From: Chiloscyllium plagiosum | Lineage: Eukaryota | Direction of reading: 5' to 3' | DNA: 42,171 nt | NCBI RefSeq assembly: GCF_004010195.1 | Contig: NC_057718.1 | Location: 61,262,805-61,304,975, forward strand | Shown here: positions 39,171-42,171 of the stretch, in pieces | Position numbering within the stretch: the stretch's first letter is position 1 | Layout of the letters: each line of letters begins with the position of its first letter | The notes under the pieces: model-generated | Seen by the model: the letters and a program-made list of their open reading frames with translations, nothing else | What the model was told of the DNA's origin: nothing | Database searches by the model: none | Made by a program: the position numbers and the translations under genes

Positions 39171-39625
39171 GGAAAGGAGGTACAATGTTTATTGCAAGTA
39201 GCAACCAAGAACTACTTACATTGGCACAATAGACATTGTCACTAAAACAATGATGGAGACATCATTGTTAAATCTTACTCCTTTGAAGTACAAAGCTATT
39301 TTCCTGCCTGTGTCCACATTACACCATCACATTGGGTGGTGTTTCATGCAATCCTCAGCATTAGCCACTTCAGACCCTTTCCACCACACCAGTCCCACTT
39401 AAATAAAATGGAGATTCACATTCAGCAATTTTCTAAGTTTTTTAAGTGCCTCTATGATGTTATCAGCCTCCCAATTATGAGCTGTAGCTATGCATTCATT
39501 CATGCTATTGTAACCACTACATTTTTACACAGTTCACTCAGTTTTTCTCTAGCAAGAAGTTAGGTTGATCCTTCTTCATCAAATTCAGGCATTAAGTTGA
39601 CTTAAGACATTTAGGTTTTACTTAC

Positions 39626-39899
39626 AGACACCTGCTGCCATGACATTCTGTGTTGTAGTTCCCAGTAGTTTGAAATTGTCACACTATTTTAAAACAATAT
39701 AAGAATTGACAGCAAATGCATTTCTTAGATCTGATCATGCATTGTGCAATGATACATTGTTGTTTTGGTACTCTGACTGTCGTACAGTCATGAGCGATTG
39801 GCATTTTGAAATATCATGTATACGTGCACAGAATAATATACTTCCTAAATCTTTTCAATCACATAACAGATGGAGAATATGTCTTACTCCTGCAGGAGA
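39626..39899 (-). pseudogene. Receptor relic: Ig-like D1 exon
   Basis: Pyrimidine-rich TTTTAG acceptor, SCRSKTYSPSVM..(fs)LGSILFCARIHDISKC...NVMAAGV, then a phase-1 GTAAGT donor. Compare IL12RB2 C....T..PS.V..LGS ... VGV and CSF3R ..AG|Y. Confidence 0.5.
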
Positions 39900-41189
39900 C
39901 TAAAACTAGAGACAAATAATGTAAATACAAGTGTAGAGTTAACTCTATGCTCTTACAACAGTGCAACTCATTCTTCAAGCTTTTTCCTGTCACAATATTG
40001 CTCTGCAAAGCTGTAAAGGTTTTTTTGATGAAGAGATTCCATCTCAATAAGAAGGCTTCAGTTCAAACCACATCCAACAATCTGTTGTGAAAACTCAGCG
40101 CTCATTTTCACAGCTGTGATAAATTCCACCACAGTAATTGTATAACATTCTAAATAAAATTCCAAAAAACATTCTAAAACAAAAGTGAGCTAACCCTATA
40201 TTCCAATGTTATTGGACCCTTCAAAACTTTTGAGGATCCAGATCCAAGGCTACATTTTCACCAAATAAAAATCACTTTTGCCTTGAGTTATATCTTAGAT
40301 GTGTGACAAATTTCACTAATTTTGGGGGCATATTATTTACAGTCAAATACACAGTCTAACAAACTATTAAACATTGGCAATAACATTACCTCTGCCTATC
40401 TTTGGTGGCAGAGGCAATAAAAGATAAAACACACCATTAAGAAATCCAATAAGAAATCAAACCAATCACTAAATATTGGTTAGATTGTGGAACAACTGCA
40501 GAAAATGGAAAAGATACTTTAAAGGGCAGTTAGCTGACACACATGAGCGAGAAAGCATCAGAAAGGTATCATGATGGAGAGAGATAGGAGGAGGCTTGTG
40601 GGGACTATAAATGCCAGAATAGACCATTTGGGCCCATTAGTCTGTTCAGTGTTATACAACCAATATTACACAATGGGTTGAATTTTCACGTCCCTCTTAA
40701 GGCAGGCGTTGAGGCTGGTGATGATGATGGGCTGGGTTGAGGATTGGGGGTGAACGGGAGTTGCTGTGGTGGGGTGGAGCCTTGAAAATATTGGCGTTTC
40801 GATCTGGGGACACTAATCCTAGTGCCATCTATAGATATGAAGTAGACTGAGACTGAGACAGGAATCCCACTCCTGTTTTAGATCAATCTGTTCTAAAGCT
40901 TGTCGGAAGGTGGTGTGGGGATGGTGGAATACCTAAAGGATTGGACTGGTGTTAAAAGCTGTCAGATTCTGGTGTACCACTGTCAAGCCAGTCAAGGATT
41001 GCTGGGGCACCACCCTGAGGGCTGGTCAGACAAAAAGGGATTGGACAGCTGTCATTGGCACAATACAAGTGGCAAGTAAAATAACCACAGTATTTCAAGG
41101 TTATGAAGAAGGTCAGAAGCATCCTGGCATTACAGGGATGGAAAAGTTGGGGCAAATCTGCCAGGGACAATTGGGTAAAGCAGGCTCCA

Positions 41190-41447
41190 ACTGGCAATGG
41201 CCGGGTTGGAGGATTTGAGCTACAGGGAGAGTGTGAATAGGCTAGGGCTATTTCCCTGGAGCATCAGAGGCTGAGGGGTGACCTTCTAGAAGTGTATAAA
41301 ATCATGAGCGGCTGAGGTCTTTTTCCCAGGGTAGAGAAGTCTAAAAGAAGAGGGCATAGGTTTCTGGTGAGAGGGAAAGATATAAAAGGGACTGAAGATG
41401 CAATGTTTTGCTGGAGAAGGTGGTGTGTGTATGGAATGAGCTGCCAG
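41190..41447 (+). mobile_element. CR1-type LINE 3' fragment running into the gap
   Basis: GLEDLSYRE..NRLGLF.LE..RLRGDLLEVYKIM, VWNELP. Confidence 0.85.
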
Positions 41448-41947
41448 NNNNNNNNNNNNNNNNNNNNNNNNNNNNNNNNNNNNNNNNNNNNNNNNNNNNN
41501 NNNNNNNNNNNNNNNNNNNNNNNNNNNNNNNNNNNNNNNNNNNNNNNNNNNNNNNNNNNNNNNNNNNNNNNNNNNNNNNNNNNNNNNNNNNNNNNNNNNN
41601 NNNNNNNNNNNNNNNNNNNNNNNNNNNNNNNNNNNNNNNNNNNNNNNNNNNNNNNNNNNNNNNNNNNNNNNNNNNNNNNNNNNNNNNNNNNNNNNNNNNN
41701 NNNNNNNNNNNNNNNNNNNNNNNNNNNNNNNNNNNNNNNNNNNNNNNNNNNNNNNNNNNNNNNNNNNNNNNNNNNNNNNNNNNNNNNNNNNNNNNNNNNN
41801 NNNNNNNNNNNNNNNNNNNNNNNNNNNNNNNNNNNNNNNNNNNNNNNNNNNNNNNNNNNNNNNNNNNNNNNNNNNNNNNNNNNNNNNNNNNNNNNNNNNN
41901 NNNNNNNNNNNNNNNNNNNNNNNNNNNNNNNNNNNNNNNNNNNNNNN
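41448..41947. other. Assembly gap (500 N)
   Basis: Run of N. Confidence 1.
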
Positions 41948-42171
41948 TCAGAGCTGAAAATGTGTTGCTGGAAAAGCACAGCAAGTCAGGCAGCATCCAA
42001 GGAACAGGAGAATCGACGTTTCAGGCATGAGCCCTTCTTCAGGAATGAGGAAAGTGTGTCCAGCAGGCTAAGATAAAAGGTAGGGAGGAGGGACTTGGGG
42101 GAGGGGCGTTGGAAATGTGATAGGTGGAAGGAGGTCAAGGTGAGGGTGATAGGCCGGAGTAGGGGTGGGGG
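41948..42171 (-). mobile_element. Penelope terminal repeat with hammerhead core
   Basis: Same family as 8540 and 26979. Minus-strand CTGAAGA-A-GGGC-TCAT-GCCT-GAAAC-GTC at 42042-42015. Confidence 0.85.

Larger units (their letters stand above)
6261..40105 (-). pseudogene. Decayed multi-exon gp130-family tall cytokine receptor gene (IL12RB2/CSF3R-like)
   Basis: Exon-like relics occur in the expected domain order (see individual exon entries), several with splice sites in the expected phase. Most carry stops or frameshifts. Similarity judged by eye. Confidence 0.55.

Noticed and set aside
39279..39397. Alternative D2a candidate CMKHHPM*WCNVDTGRKIALY
   Set aside because: It lacks the conserved W and the PP..P.N start. 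The 33074 segment fits better. Kept only as a possible chance match.
39888..40010. Apparent signal-peptide exon (LHLYLHYLSLVLVSCR)
   Set aside because: No ATG. The hydrophobic run is better explained as the translated polypyrimidine tract of the D1 acceptor.
41286..42076. Long ORFs in the supplied track
   Set aside because: Artefacts of the 500-N gap.

Overview
Repeat-dense, AT-rich vertebrate genomic DNA. The SINE, CR1 and Penelope repertoire suggests a cartilaginous fish, probably a shark (inference). I can support no intact protein-coding gene. Much of the window is transposable-element debris: tRNA-derived SINEs, CR1 and RTE LINE fragments, Penelope-like elements (two fold-back inverted-repeat copies with target-site duplications (TSDs) and minimal hammerhead-ribozyme cores), PIF/Harbinger transposase and Myb/SANT relics, and one Gypsy element split by nested insertions. 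There is a 500-N gap near the end. The main non-TE signal is on the minus strand, about 40.1 kb down to 6.3 kb. It is a series of stop- and frameshift-ridden exon relics in the domain order of a 'tall' gp130-family class I cytokine receptor (Ig D1, D2/D3 cytokine-binding module, FN3 D4-D6, TM, box1), resembling IL12RB2/CSF3R. A weaker second exon-like cluster lies at about 2.4-5.4 kb. All receptor comparisons were made by eye against human sequences recalled from memory and need confirming by alignment.
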